Shown here: positions 27,706-38,307 of the stretch, in pieces
Numbering within the stretch: position 1 is the first letter of the stretch
Layout: the number at the start of each line of letters is the position of its first letter
Assembly: GCA_943788365.1 (NCBI GenBank)
Contig: CALSPZ010000001.1
Span: 905,970 to 969,969, forward strand
From: an uncultured SAR86 cluster bacterium
Lineage (GTDB): Bacteria; Pseudomonadota; Gammaproteobacteria; Magnimaribacterales; D2472
Length of the DNA: 64,000 bases
Direction: 5' to 3'
Position numbers and translations under genes: made by a program
The notes under the pieces: generated by a model
Databases searched by the model: none
What the model was told of the DNA's origin: nothing
The model's input: only the letters and a program-made list of their open reading frames with translations

Positions 27706-28195
27706 AATAAAAAACATTATTTCAGAGCTTATTAAAGATCTGGAGGAAGCTTCACCTAATACTAGACGTTCGTTTTATGAGCTATATCCTCTATCTTTTA
27801 AGATTGAAGTAAAGGGGTATTTCCCTATCTATGTTGACTTAGATAGAAATACAAAAAAAATAGGATTTGCAGGTTATAAGGATCTAAATTTTGAAATTAA
27901 TGCTGGGCTTGATGACCTTATCAATATTGTTGTTAAAAAAAAGATAGCAAAACAAATTATCCAAGGCGATGTGGAGCTTGCTATGGTTTTTTTTAATTTA
28001 ATTGAAAAATCAAATGTAGATATTATTTATTTAGTTGAAAAACATTTTGGAAATAATGCGGCTTTTATTTCTTCTCAGCTCTTCAATAAGATATTTTTAA
28101 GAGAAGGTAATATAGAATCTAAAGCAGGGAGCCTTCATAAACAACTTCGAGATCTTCATATAAGAATTGATAGATTAGAAGCAAGGGCTCATTAA
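27668..28195 (+). CDS. ubiJ: ubiquinone biosynthesis accessory factor UbiJ (SCP2 domain)
   Basis: Lies between ubiE and ubiB. It has an SCP2-like core (FKIEVKG...) and a C-terminal amphipathic LRDLHIRIDRLEAR. The start is uncertain (27668 or 27686). Confidence 0.7.
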   Translation: MVLLQFMSPIKTKIKNIISELIKDLEEASPNTRRSFYELYPLSFKIEVKGYFPIYVDLDRNTKKIGFAGYKDLNFEINAGLDDLINIVVKKKIAKQIIQGDVELAMVFFNLIEKSNVDIIYLVEKHFGNNAAFISSQLFNKIFLREGNIESKAGSLHKQLRDLHIRIDRLEARAH

Positions 28196-29679
28196 TGATT
28201 AATTTCTTTGTTGTCCTATATGAGCTTACGAGAATGGGTATTTTGGGAGTTAGAAACAACATCTTCTTTGCACCCAATGGAATAAAAGCTGTAAATTATC
28301 TCCAATCACTTGGCCCTATATTTATAAAATTTGGTCAGTTACTGTCTACTAGAACTGATATTCTTGATGAGAAAACTGCCAAAGATCTTCAGGTGCTAAC
28401 TGATCAATGCAGGCCTTTTGAGACCTCGAAGCTTAGAAAAATAGTAGAGGATGAATTGGGCAATTCAATAGAAAATGTTTTTGATAATTTCAATGAGCAG
28501 CCATTGGCTGCTGCATCTTTAGCTCAGGTCCATGAAGCCACATTAAAAGATGGAAAATCAGTTGTAATAAAAGTTCTAAGGCCAAATATTGAAAGAGATG
28601 TTAGACGAAATCTTAAGGTCCTGAAAGCTGTTGCAAGAATTATTGATTTTACTTATAAAGAAAGTAACAGACTAAAGCCTTTAGAGGTTGTTAAAAACTA
28701 TGAAACAACGATTCTTAGGGAGCTTGACCTTCGATTAGAAGCCTCAAATACTAGTCTTACAAGAAAAAATTTCCTTGGCTCAGATGAGCTTTACATCCCA
28801 GAGATATATTGGGAATTAACAACATCTAAGATAATGGTAGTCGAAAAGATAGATGGAATTCCATGTACAGATATAAAGCAAATTGAAGACCATGGAATTA
28901 ATAAAAAATTACTAGCTGAAAATGGCGTAATGATTTTTTTGAATCAAGTATTTAGAGATAATTTCTTCCATGCTGACATGCATCCTGGAAATATTTTTGT
29001 GGCTAGAAATAATCCAGATAATCCTGGATACATAGCAATAGACTGTGCTATCTCTGGATCGCTTTCTAACGAAGAAAGATATATTCTCGCAAGAATGTTA
29101 CAGGCGGTTTTGAAGCAAAATTATAAATCTCTGTCTCAGCTATTTATTTCATCTGGATGGGTGGATGCATCATCCAACCAAATAGATCTAGAAAATACTC
29201 TAAGGGCATGTTGTGAACCAATATTTGAGAAGCCGCTATCTGAGATTGAGTTTGGTAAATTGCTTTTATATCTTTTTCAAAGCACTCGCTCATTCGGACT
29301 TTCACTTCAACCATCTCTAGTTCTGTTGCAGAAGACGCTAATACATATTGAGGGTATGGGCAGACAGATTTATCCTAAATTAGATTTCTGGGGCATTGCT
29401 GAACCATATCTAGATAATTGGTTAAAGGATCAACTTAACCCTCTGAAGTTGAAAGACTTTATATTAAATAATAAAGAAGATATTTTACATAAGGCATCTG
29501 AGCTTCCTTCTATTGTTTATGAAACTCTTGACGAGTTGAGAGGTTTAGCAAAACATAAGAGCGCTAATGAAATTAAAATCAGGAAGATGGAGATTCAAAT
29601 TCAAAAAGAAAAATTCATGATAAGGGCCTGTGTAATTGTTATAATATTTATCATTGCATTAGCAATGTATTCAAAATAA
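28195..29679 (+). CDS. ubiB: ubiquinone biosynthesis atypical kinase UbiB
   Basis: ABC1/ADCK motifs (PIFIKFGQLLSTRTD, AAASLAQVH, FFHADMHPGNIF) and C-terminal TM helices. Confidence 0.9.
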   Translation: MINFFVVLYELTRMGILGVRNNIFFAPNGIKAVNYLQSLGPIFIKFGQLLSTRTDILDEKTAKDLQVLTDQCRPFETSKLRKIVEDELGNSIENVFDNFNEQPLAAASLAQVHEATLKDGKSVVIKVLRPNIERDVRRNLKVLKAVARIIDFTYKESNRLKPLEVVKNYETTILRELDLRLEASNTSLTRKNFLGSDELYIPEIYWELTTSKIMVVEKIDGIPCTDIKQIEDHGINKKLLAENGVMIFLNQVFRDNFFHADMHPGNIFVARNNPDNPGYIAIDCAISGSLSNEERYILARMLQAVLKQNYKSLSQLFISSGWVDASSNQIDLENTLRACCEPIFEKPLSEIEFGKLLLYLFQSTRSFGLSLQPSLVLLQKTLIHIEGMGRQIYPKLDFWGIAEPYLDNWLKDQLNPLKLKDFILNNKEDILHKASELPSIVYETLDELRGLAKHKSANEIKIRKMEIQIQKEKFMIRACVIVIIFIIALAMYSK

Positions 29680-29693
29680 TTTAGGAGATATAT

Positions 29694-29849
29694 ATGGGAT
29701 TTGGATGGCAAGAGCTGATAATTATTCTTCTCATAGTTGGTCTAATTTTTGGTACTAAAAAATTAAAAAATATTGGATCTGATCTTGGCGGAGCTGTTAA
29801 AGGCTTTAAAGAGGGTGTTAAAGAAGATTCTAAAAAAGAAGAAGAATAA
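29694..29849 (+). CDS. tatA: twin-arginine translocase subunit TatA (51 aa; absent from ORF track)
   Basis: [41 protein letters not shown].. is a canonical TatA. AGGAG lies about 7 nt upstream. Confidence 0.9.
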   Translation: MGFGWQELIIILLIVGLIFGTKKLKNIGSDLGGAVKGFKEGVKEDSKKEEE

Positions 29850-29852
29850 AAA

Positions 29853-30101
29853 TTGTTTCAAGTTGGGTTTCTAGAGGTTTTGCTGATACTTGTTGTTGGG
29901 CTATTTATAATTGGGCCAACAAGGTTGCCTAATGCAGTAAAGTTTATTATCAAAATTTACAAAAAAATTCAGCATGCAATATTTAAGTTTAAAAATGATC
30001 TTGAGTTAGAGATTGGAACTGATGAAATAAAAAAAGATGTTTTTAATGAGATGAGGATGGAAGAGTTAGATTTATCTGCCAAGCTTAAAAAAGATGAGTA
30101 A
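29853..30101 (+). CDS. tatB: twin-arginine translocase subunit TatB (TTG start)
   Basis: (M)FQVGFLEVLLILVVGLFIIGPTRLP aligns from residue 1 with E. coli [26 protein letters not shown], so the TTG at 29853 is the start. Confidence 0.85.
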   Translation: MFQVGFLEVLLILVVGLFIIGPTRLPNAVKFIIKIYKKIQHAIFKFKNDLELEIGTDEIKKDVFNEMRMEELDLSAKLKKDE

Positions 30102-30795
30102 AGACTCCTTAATCTCACATCTTCTTGAGCTTAGAAGTAGGCTGTTAAGAGTTATTCTTTTTATATTTGTTACTATTGTAATAGGCGCTCCATTTGCTTC
30201 TGATCTATTCAGTTTTTTTGCATCCCCTTTGCTTGCATCATTCCCAGAGAATAGCTCGATGATCGCCACTCAAGTAACTTCACCGTTTATGGCGCCCTTT
30301 AAGTTACTTATATTTTCTGCATTTTTAATATCTATGCCCTACTTCTTCTATGAGTTATGGTCATTTATTGCTCCTGGTTTGTTTGAGAATGAGAAATCTT
30401 TTGTTGGCCCATTAATATTTTCTACAGTAATTTTATTTACCATGGGGGTAGCATTTGCATATTTTGTTGTGTGTCCAATTATATTTAAGTTCTTTATTGG
30501 CATTGCGCCTGAGTCAGTAATAGTAATGACAGATATTACACAATACATAGGCTTCGTAATGAAGCTTGTATTTGCATTCGGTATTGCTTTTGAAATGCCA
30601 ATAGCAACTTTTCTTCTTGTAAGTTCTGGTGTTGTTAAAAAATCTACTCTAGCGACTTCAAGGCCTTATCTTATTCTATTGTTTTTTGTTATAGGGATGC
30701 TTTTAACGCCTCCAGATATATTTTCACAGCTTTTTTTAGCTATCCCAATGTGGTTATTATTTGAAATAGGTCTTCTTATAAGTAAAGAAAGATAG
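30094..30795 (+). CDS. tatC: twin-arginine translocase subunit TatC
   Basis: SHLLELRSRL N-terminus, six TM segments, and tatABC order. Confidence 0.9.
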   Translation: MSKDSLISHLLELRSRLLRVILFIFVTIVIGAPFASDLFSFFASPLLASFPENSSMIATQVTSPFMAPFKLLIFSAFLISMPYFFYELWSFIAPGLFENEKSFVGPLIFSTVILFTMGVAFAYFVVCPIIFKFFIGIAPESVIVMTDITQYIGFVMKLVFAFGIAFEMPIATFLLVSSGVVKKSTLATSRPYLILLFFVIGMLLTPPDIFSQLFLAIPMWLLFEIGLLISKER

Positions 30796-30796
30796 T

Positions 30797-31396
30797 TTAA
30801 AGGCCTAGTCTATTTGTCCAATCAGTGTCTGCAGGCCTCTTATTTGAAAGTATTGCTTCGACCAGCTCTTCTGGAGTATCTGCAATTATTAAATCATCAA
30901 AATTAGCTTTTGTTATAAACCCTTCTTCAACCGCTTTTACCATCCAAGCTATTAAGTGATCGTAATAGCCAGCAGTATTTAGTATCCCGATGGGCTTATT
31001 AATTATTCCTAACTGATTGCTAGCCATAACCTCAGCCAGCTCATCCAAGGAACCAACACCTCCAGGAAGTACTACAAATGCATCAGATCTGTCCATGAAT
31101 ACATCCTTTCTATCTAGGAGAGTTTCTGCTACAACAACCTCGTCTATCCTTGGGTTTACAAGCTCAAGCTCGTATAGAGAGCGCAGAGAAATTCCTAATG
31201 CCTCTACGCCGTTATCAATAGCTGTATCTGAGATAACCTTCATTAACCCAACATTTCCTCCACCAAATACAACATTTACTCCTTTTTTTGCTATTAACTC
31301 AGAAACTGATTTGGCTTCTTTGGCATATATAGGATTGTTGCCCTCATGCGCTCCACAAAAAATTGATATGTGCTTAATTTCCATTAAATTCTCCAA
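30797..31396 (-). CDS. LOG-family (TIGR00730) nucleotide phosphoribohydrolase
   Basis: GGGNVGLMKV and PGGVGSLDEL motifs. Confidence 0.85.
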   Translation of the reverse strand: MENLMEIKHISIFCGAHEGNNPIYAKEAKSVSELIAKKGVNVVFGGGNVGLMKVISDTAIDNGVEALGISLRSLYELELVNPRIDEVVVAETLLDRKDVFMDRSDAFVVLPGGVGSLDELAEVMASNQLGIINKPIGILNTAGYYDHLIAWMVKAVEEGFITKANFDDLIIADTPEELVEAILSNKRPADTDWTNRLGL

Positions 31397-31414
31397 TAAT
31401 TCATTTAAAATCTT

Positions 31415-32434
31415 TTAAAAGTCTTCTTCAAGGCCTTTATCCCATTTGCCCTGAGCTGCTAAATTATTCATTTTTGCTCTATGAGATAAAATATCTTGTG
31501 CAATAAAAACATTTTCAGCATCTCCTGACCAGGCTTTAAGTGCTCCGGCCTGAAGCGCTCTTCCATATGAAAAGCTTAATTTCCATTCAAAGCCACCTAT
31601 CTTATTCATTGCATCGAGATGTTCTGTGGCTTCAACTTCTGTTTGGCCTCCAGAAAGGAAAGTTATGCCTGGAACTTCTGCAGGAACATTCTCTTTAAGA
31701 GACTTAAGAGTCATGTTTGCAACATCATCAACACTTGCTTTGGTTGTTGCATCAGATCCTGGAGTGACCATGCTTGGCTTGAGCAATACTCCTTTCAAAT
31801 TTACATCTTTATTCTTTAATGAATTAAATAAACTTGCAAGAGCTCTTGATGACGCATCAAAAGATTGCTCTATTGTGTGATGGCCGTCCATCAAAATTTC
31901 AGGCTCAACTATAGGTACCAGTCCGTTATTTTGAGCTAGCTTGGCATATTCCGCCAAGGCATCTGCATTGCCATCTATACATTTGTCTGTTGGCATGCCA
32001 TCTCCAATTTTTATAACTGCACGCCACTTTGTAAATTTTGCTCCAATGGCAGTGTACTCTTTAAGTCTCTCATCGAGACCATCCAGACCTTTTGTGATAA
32101 CTTCCTCTGAACCATCTTGGATTGGGACCAAGCCCTTATCAACCTTTATACCGGGCAAGGCGCCTTCCGCATTCATGATATCTATTAACGGGGTGCCATC
32201 TTTTGCATTTTGTCTTAAGGTTTCATCAAAAAGAATAACGCCTCCAATGTTGCCTTTAAGGCCTGAGGATCTAAACAGCATCTCTCTATAATCTCTTCTA
32301 TTGCTTTCTATATTTTCTACGCCAATAGTATCAAAACGCTTGCCGCAAGTGGGATTGCTCTCATCTGCAGCTAAAATCCCTTTGCCCTCAGAAACTATAT
32401 ATGAGGCTATTTTTTCTATGTTATCTAAAGTCAT
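31415..32434 (-). CDS. fba: fructose-bisphosphate aldolase, class I (Schiff-base type)
   Basis: Collinear similarity to muscle-type aldolase: GKGILAADES, GGVILFDETL, GIKVDKG, PIVEPEIL, LLKPSMVTPG (Schiff-base Lys), FLSGGQ, SFSYGRALQ. Confidence 0.9.
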   Translation of the reverse strand: MTLDNIEKIASYIVSEGKGILAADESNPTCGKRFDTIGVENIESNRRDYREMLFRSSGLKGNIGGVILFDETLRQNAKDGTPLIDIMNAEGALPGIKVDKGLVPIQDGSEEVITKGLDGLDERLKEYTAIGAKFTKWRAVIKIGDGMPTDKCIDGNADALAEYAKLAQNNGLVPIVEPEILMDGHHTIEQSFDASSRALASLFNSLKNKDVNLKGVLLKPSMVTPGSDATTKASVDDVANMTLKSLKENVPAEVPGITFLSGGQTEVEATEHLDAMNKIGGFEWKLSFSYGRALQAGALKAWSGDAENVFIAQDILSHRAKMNNLAAQGKWDKGLEEDF

Positions 32435-33595
32435 TTTTTCTCCTTATCCAGTTTTTCTCTACCCAAGGCTTCAATAGAAGGGAGTTCTTTGCCTTCCATA
32501 AATTCTAAAAATGCACCCCCGCCAGTAGAACAATATGATACATCATCTTTATTTATGAAGGTATTGATCGCGCTAAGGGTCTCCCCGCCTCCAGCGATTG
32601 AATAGCCATTCGATTCTTTAATATTTTTTGCCAAGCTTTCTGTTCCTGATGAAAATAAAGAATTTTCAAACACCCCAAGAGGACCATTCCAAAGTATTAA
32701 TTTTGATCTTTTAATAACATCTTTCATATTTGGAGTTAGCATCTGGTCAAGGATCATCTCCTCACTTGTTACATCGTCTATTTGTTTAATCTTGACATTA
32801 GAACCTTGAAATGAGGTTGATGTAACCACAGTTGATGGAAGTAAAATTTTACCTACTTTAAGCATTTTTGCTGCGACATCAAGCATGGAGTCTTCGACTA
32901 GTGAGGTCCCAATCTCATACCCAGATGCTTTTAAGAAAGTATTTGCAATTCCGCCTCCAACAATAATATTGTCAGCTTTCATGTTTAAGTTTTTTATAAG
33001 CCCTAGTTTTGAAGACACCTTTGCGCCACCAATAATTGCTAAATATGGGGATGGAGCATTTAACATCGCTCTATTTAATGAATCTATCTCTCTCTTTAAC
33101 AGAATGCCGCTACATGACTCTTTGCTTGATAGGATGGCTGAATGAGTTGAGGCCTGTTTTCTATGAGCTGTACCAAAAGCATCAAAAACATATATATCTC
33201 CAAGGCCTCCAAGCGCTTTTCCAAGCGAAGTCATCATTAGACATTTCACCATTAAAAAATCTAACATTTTCTAATAACTGAACTCTTTCATTTGAATTAA
33301 ATATTTTGTTACTGGCATAGCTATCAACTAGCTGAACTGGCTCATTAAGAATATTGGAAAGGGCTTCTGAGACTGGGGCTAATGAAAAAGCCTCTTCTGC
33401 TTTTCCCTCAGTGGGCCTTCCTAAGTGGCTAACTAAAAGTATCTTACAATTATTATCTAAAGCATGCTTTATTGAGGGCAAGCAAGCCTCTATTCTTGTT
33501 AAATCAGTAATGGCTCCATTGCTTATAGGGACATTCATATCGACCCTAATAACAAGATTTTTATTTGAGATATTTAATTCAGCTAGACTCTTCAT
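32431..33595 (-). pseudogene. pgk: phosphoglycerate kinase interrupted by a single-base frameshift (real pseudogene or sequence error)
   Basis: The N-terminal 137-aa ORF (..LLENVRFFNGEMSNDD..) and the C-terminal 278-aa ORF (..[22 protein letters not shown]..) are in different frames. Deleting one T of GACTTCG (plus-strand position about 33228) gives a continuous 387-aa protein, the same length as E. coli Pgk. Confidence 0.85.
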
Positions 33596-35573
33596 CTAAA
33601 AGTGATTTTGCCATTAAAACAACATTATCAATAGTAAAGCCAAAATGCTCCATCAAGTCTAGTGCAGGCGCAGATTCTCCAAAAGTCTCAATTCCTAAAA
33701 CCTTATCCGATTTATTCAAAAGTTTATACCAAGAATCTGGATGAGCCATTTCAACAACAAGAGTTGGAAGATTTTTTCCAAGAACAGACTTCTTATAGTC
33801 AGCTGATTGTTCTAAAAATGAATCTAGTGATGGCATTGAAACCACATTTGCATTTACCCCATCTTCGCTTAAATGAGACGCCGCATCTAACGCAAGCTGT
33901 ACTTCACTTCCTGAAGCAATAATGCACAAATCAGGATTTTCATGCTCTTGAAGCAAGTAACCACCTTTTTGAATAAGATTCAATTGATTACTATTTCTTG
34001 TCAAAGCTGAGGTGTTCTGCCTGCTGAATATGAGAGATGTTGGTGATTCTGAGGATGTTACTGCTTGTTTCCATGCTACAGCTGTTTCAACTAGGTCTGC
34101 AGGCCTCCAATTATAAAGGTTCGGAGTTGCTCTTAATGTAACTAAATGCTCTATTGGCTGGTGGGTTGGGCCATCTTCTCCAAGCGCTATAGAGTCATGT
34201 GTATAAACAAAGATATTAGGAAGGCCCATCAGTGCTGAAAGTCTTAATGCATTTCTTGCATAGTCAGTAAATACTAAAAATGTTGCTCCATACGGCTTTA
34301 TTCCGCCATGCAAAACCATTCCATTCATGATTGCTGACATACCAAACTCTCGAACACCATAGTTAATATGGTTTCCATCTGGGGTGTCATTAAAAAATAC
34401 AGTGCTTGATTTAGAAAAAGTATTATTGGATGGCGTTAGGTCTGCTGAACCGCCTACCAATTCAGGAAGTTCCTTAACAAAAAAATCTAAGCATTCTTGA
34501 GATGCTTTTCTAGTTGCCATTGAAATATCATTAGTCATAGCATCATTAAGAAAGTCTTCATATTTTGAATCGAAGTTATTTGGAAGCTTTCCATCTATCC
34601 TTCTTTTTAGCTCTGCATGCTTTTCAGGATATTTACTTCCGTACTGGTTCATGATTGAGTCCCAATTGCTATTGTGCTCGGCTCCTGCAATTCTTGCATC
34701 CCAGAAATCATAAACATGACTTGGGATTTCAAAGGGTTCATAGCTCCAATTAAGAGCTTCTCTTGTTTTCTTTATTTCTTCATCGCCTAGAGGAGACCCA
34801 TGCACACCTGATGTTCCAGATTTGTTTGGTGAACCAAAACCAATTGTTGTTTTACAAAAGATCATTGTGGGCTTTGAGGGCTCTGCTTTTGCAGAAATTA
34901 TAGCTTTGCTTATTTCATCAATGTTGTGGCCGTCTACAGATATTGTTTGCCATCCATAACTATTAAAACGCTCCACTGTATTATCGGTAAACCAATTATC
35001 AATCTCCCCATCGATTGATATGCCATTTTGGTCATAAAAGCATATGAGCTTTCCAAGTTGATGTGTCCCAGCAAATGAGCATGCTTCATGAGAAACGCCT
35101 TCCATAAGACAACCATCACCAACAAATGCGTAAGTAAAATGATTAATTGGAGAAATATCATCTTTATTAAATTGAGCAGAGAGGGACTTCTCGGCTATTG
35201 CCATTCCAACTGCATTAGCAATTCCTTGGCCTAAGGGTCCTGTTGTGGTTTCAACGCCATTATCTAAATCATATTCTGGATGACCAGGGGTCTTAGATTT
35301 TAATTTTCGAAAATCTTTTATATCATCAATGCTAATTGAGTAGCCGCTTAGATGAAGGAGGCTATATAGAAGCATGGAGCCATGTCCATTGGATAGCACA
35401 AACCTGTCTCTATTAAACCACTTAGGATTGGCTGGATTGTGGTTAAGATTCTGCCATAAAGCTACTGCAATTTCTGCCATGCCCATTGGCATTCCTGGGT
35501 GACCTGAATTAGCTCTTTGCACAGCGTCTATTGATAGAAATCTGAGTGCATTTGTTGATTCTGATGGATTCAA
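33579..35573 (-). CDS. tkt: transketolase
   Basis: RFLSIDAVQRANSGHPG, GDGCLMEG and THDSIALGEDGPTHQP motifs; 664 aa. Confidence 0.95.
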   Translation of the reverse strand: MNPSESTNALRFLSIDAVQRANSGHPGMPMGMAEIAVALWQNLNHNPANPKWFNRDRFVLSNGHGSMLLYSLLHLSGYSISIDDIKDFRKLKSKTPGHPEYDLDNGVETTTGPLGQGIANAVGMAIAEKSLSAQFNKDDISPINHFTYAFVGDGCLMEGVSHEACSFAGTHQLGKLICFYDQNGISIDGEIDNWFTDNTVERFNSYGWQTISVDGHNIDEISKAIISAKAEPSKPTMIFCKTTIGFGSPNKSGTSGVHGSPLGDEEIKKTREALNWSYEPFEIPSHVYDFWDARIAGAEHNSNWDSIMNQYGSKYPEKHAELKRRIDGKLPNNFDSKYEDFLNDAMTNDISMATRKASQECLDFFVKELPELVGGSADLTPSNNTFSKSSTVFFNDTPDGNHINYGVREFGMSAIMNGMVLHGGIKPYGATFLVFTDYARNALRLSALMGLPNIFVYTHDSIALGEDGPTHQPIEHLVTLRATPNLYNWRPADLVETAVAWKQAVTSSESPTSLIFSRQNTSALTRNSNQLNLIQKGGYLLQEHENPDLCIIASGSEVQLALDAASHLSEDGVNANVVSMPSLDSFLEQSADYKKSVLGKNLPTLVVEMAHPDSWYKLLNKSDKVLGIETFGESAPALDLMEHFGFTIDNVVLMAKSLLDEESS

Positions 35574-35735
35574 TTTTTTCCCCTAAATAAAAAGAATCAT
35601 AATATTTTAAAATCTAAATTGATAGAAAAAAAAATCAAATTTCTATAAAATTCATTAATCGAAATTTATTGTTATTTTTCTTTATTAAATACTGTAATAA
35701 TAGCAATCTGATTCATAACATAACACATTAATAAT

Positions 35736-36911
35736 ATGAGCTATATTTTCACCTCAGAGTCGGTCTCAGCAGGACATCCAGATAAGGTTTGCGATCAAAT
35801 CTCGGATGCTATTTTAGATGCATATCTCTCAGCTGACCCAGAAAGTAGAGTTGCTTGTGAAACAATGATAAAAAATAATCTTGTATTTGTTGCAGGGGAA
35901 ATAACATCAATTGCCAAACCTGATATTGAGAAAATTGTACGAAAAACCATATTAGAAATAGGTTATAACGATGACTCTCTTGGTTTTAATGGAAGTAACT
36001 GCGAGATTAAAAATCTGTTATCTCAGCAATCTCCTGATATTGCACAGGGTGTCAATGAAGGAGAGGGTGAAAGTCATGAACAGGGAGCTGGAGATCAAGG
36101 GTTAATGTTTGGGTATGCTTGTAATGAAACAGATTCCTTAATGCCTCTTCCGATAGATCTCGCTCACAGGCTCGTAAAAAAGCAAACAGAATTAATGAGA
36201 TCTAATGAATTATCTTGGTTAAGACCAGATGCTAAAAGTCAGGTAAGTGTGATTTATGAGAATGATGGCAAAACTATTAAAGGCCTTTCAGCTATTGTTT
36301 TATCCACTCAGCACTCTGAATCTATCTCTCAAGAAGAAATTAAAGATTTGGTAATGAAAAAAATTATATCTCCAATCGTGCCTAGGGAGTGGATGTTAGA
36401 ATCAACTAAAATTTATATAAATCCAACTGGAAAATTTGTAATTGGAGGGCCTGTAGGTGATTGTGGCCTGACTGGAAGAAAAATAATTGTTGATACTTAT
36501 GGAGGCATGGCAAGACATGGTGGAGGAGCATTTTCTGGCAAAGATCCTTCTAAAGTAGATAGATCTGCAGCATATGCTGCGCGCTATGTTGCAAAGAATA
36601 TAGTTGCTGCTGGGCTTGCAGACTATTGCGAGATTCAGGTTTCATATGCCATTGGGGTTGCGGAGCCCACATCAATCAATATCAATACCTTTGACTCTGA
36701 AAAAATTTCTAAAGAAAAATTATATGAGTTAGTAGATAAACATTTTGATTTAAGACCTAAAAGCATTATTGAGATGCTGAATTTGAAAAATATAAGTTAC
36801 TTGCCAACTGCTGCATTTGGTCATTTTGGAAGATCTGATGGTGACTTTAGTTGGGAAAAAACAGACAAAAAAGAGGCTCTCAAAAAAGAGGCTTTTAATG
36901 GAGAAAATTAA
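35736..36911 (+). CDS. metK: S-adenosylmethionine synthetase
   Basis: [27 protein letters not shown] and [16 protein letters not shown] motifs. Confidence 0.95.
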   Translation: MSYIFTSESVSAGHPDKVCDQISDAILDAYLSADPESRVACETMIKNNLVFVAGEITSIAKPDIEKIVRKTILEIGYNDDSLGFNGSNCEIKNLLSQQSPDIAQGVNEGEGESHEQGAGDQGLMFGYACNETDSLMPLPIDLAHRLVKKQTELMRSNELSWLRPDAKSQVSVIYENDGKTIKGLSAIVLSTQHSESISQEEIKDLVMKKIISPIVPREWMLESTKIYINPTGKFVIGGPVGDCGLTGRKIIVDTYGGMARHGGGAFSGKDPSKVDRSAAYAARYVAKNIVAAGLADYCEIQVSYAIGVAEPTSININTFDSEKISKEKLYELVDKHFDLRPKSIIEMLNLKNISYLPTAAFGHFGRSDGDFSWEKTDKKEALKKEAFNGEN

Positions 36912-36912
36912 G

Positions 36913-38307
36913 ATGAGCAATGACTATAAAGTAGCAGATATTGGACTTTCTGATTTCGGAAGAAGGGAAATATCTTTAGCTGAAAATGAAATGCCAGCTC
37001 TTATGGCTTTAAGAGACAAATATAGAAATGAGCAGCCTCTCCAGGGAGCAAGAATAATTGGATGCATACATATGACTATTCAGACAGCTGTTCTAATGGA
37101 GACCTTGATTGATTTGGGGGCTGAAATCAGATGGTCGTCATGTAATATATTTTCTACTCAGGATCATGCTGCAGCTGCTATGGCTGCATCTGGAATACCT
37201 GTGTTTGCATGGAAAGGAGAAACGGAAGAGGAATTCGATTGGTGTATTGAGCAATCAATATTAAAAGATGGCTCTCCCTGGGATGCAAATATGATACTTG
37301 ATGACGGCGGTGATTTAACCACCATGGTTCATAATAAATATCCTGAGATGTTAGAGAGGATTCATGGAATCTCTGAAGAAACCACTACAGGAGTTCATAG
37401 GCTGAAAGAGATGTTAGAAAAAAACTCTCTTAAAGTTCCTGCAATTAATGTTAATGATTCTGTTACAAAAGCTAAAAATGATAATAAGTACGGGTGCAGA
37501 CATAGCTTGAATGATGCCTTGAAGAGAGGAACAGATATGCTTCTTTCTGGAAAGAAAGGTCTTGTTATTGGGTATGGAGATGTTGGCAAAGGCTCTGCTG
37601 CAAGCTTATCTCAAGAAGGGATGATAGTGAGAGTTGCAGAATCCGACCCCATATGTGCCATGCAAGCATGTATGGATGGTTTTAGTGTGGTTTCTTGTTA
37701 CAAAGATGGAAAGGTAACAAGAAATATTGAGGATATTAATATCGACCTTATGAAAGATACTGATCTAATTGTTACAACAACTGGCAATGTAAATGTGTGT
37801 GATTCAGCTATGCTTTCATCTTTAAAAAATACAGCTGTAGTATGCAACATAGGCCATTTTGATAATGAAATTGACACTGCTTATATGAGGGATCAGTGGC
37901 ACTGGGAAGAAATTAAACCTCAGGTACACAGAATTTTTAGAGACACTTCGCCAGATGCTACTCCTGACTTGAGTAGCAGGAATTTCTTAATACTTCTTTC
38001 TGAGGGAAGGCTCGTAAACCTAGGCAATGCGACGGGGCATCCAAGCAGAATAATGGATGGTTCTTTTGCAAACCAGGTTCTTGCTCAAATTTATCTATAT
38101 GAACAAGGGTTTGCTAATATCAATGATGATGAGGTGAAAGCTTCTATGATTAAAGTGGAAGTTTTACCAAAGAAATTAGATGAAGAAGTTGCATCACTTA
38201 TGGTCATGGGGTTTGGCGGGGTTGTAACAGAGCTCACCCAGGATCAAGCAGAGTATATCAACGTCCCAAAAGAAGGGCCTTTTAAAGATGAAACTTACAA
38301 ATATTAA
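36913..38307 (+). CDS. ahcY: adenosylhomocysteinase
   Basis: [46 protein letters not shown] and GHFDNEID motifs. The start is set at MSNDYKV, because the ORF-track start at 36817 overlaps metK. Confidence 0.95.
   Translation: MSNDYKVADIGLSDFGRREISLAENEMPALMALRDKYRNEQPLQGARIIGCIHMTIQTAVLMETLIDLGAEIRWSSCNIFSTQDHAAAAMAASGIPVFAWKGETEEEFDWCIEQSILKDGSPWDANMILDDGGDLTTMVHNKYPEMLERIHGISEETTTGVHRLKEMLEKNSLKVPAINVNDSVTKAKNDNKYGCRHSLNDALKRGTDMLLSGKKGLVIGYGDVGKGSAASLSQEGMIVRVAESDPICAMQACMDGFSVVSCYKDGKVTRNIEDINIDLMKDTDLIVTTTGNVNVCDSAMLSSLKNTAVVCNIGHFDNEIDTAYMRDQWHWEEIKPQVHRIFRDTSPDATPDLSSRNFLILLSEGRLVNLGNATGHPSRIMDGSFANQVLAQIYLYEQGFANINDDEVKASMIKVEVLPKKLDEEVASLMVMGFGGVVTELTQDQAEYINVPKEGPFKDETYKY

Noticed and set aside
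33182-33267. Programmed ribosomal frameshifting as the explanation for the pgk split, and likewise for dsbA at 43746-43752.
   Set aside because: The pgk site has no slippery heptamer or downstream structure, and neither gene family is known to use recoding. A sequencing or assembly indel, or a genuine mutation, is more parsimonious. The dsbA A7 tract is kept as a finding because slippage is mechanistically plausible there.
35574-35735. SAM riboswitch or MetJ operator in the 162-bp tkt/metK divergent region.
   Set aside because: The region is almost pure A/T with no GC-containing helices that could form a SAM-I, SAM-II or SAM-V fold, and it has no AGACGTCT-type MetJ boxes. Only a weak TTGAT-N10-ATCAA repeat is present.
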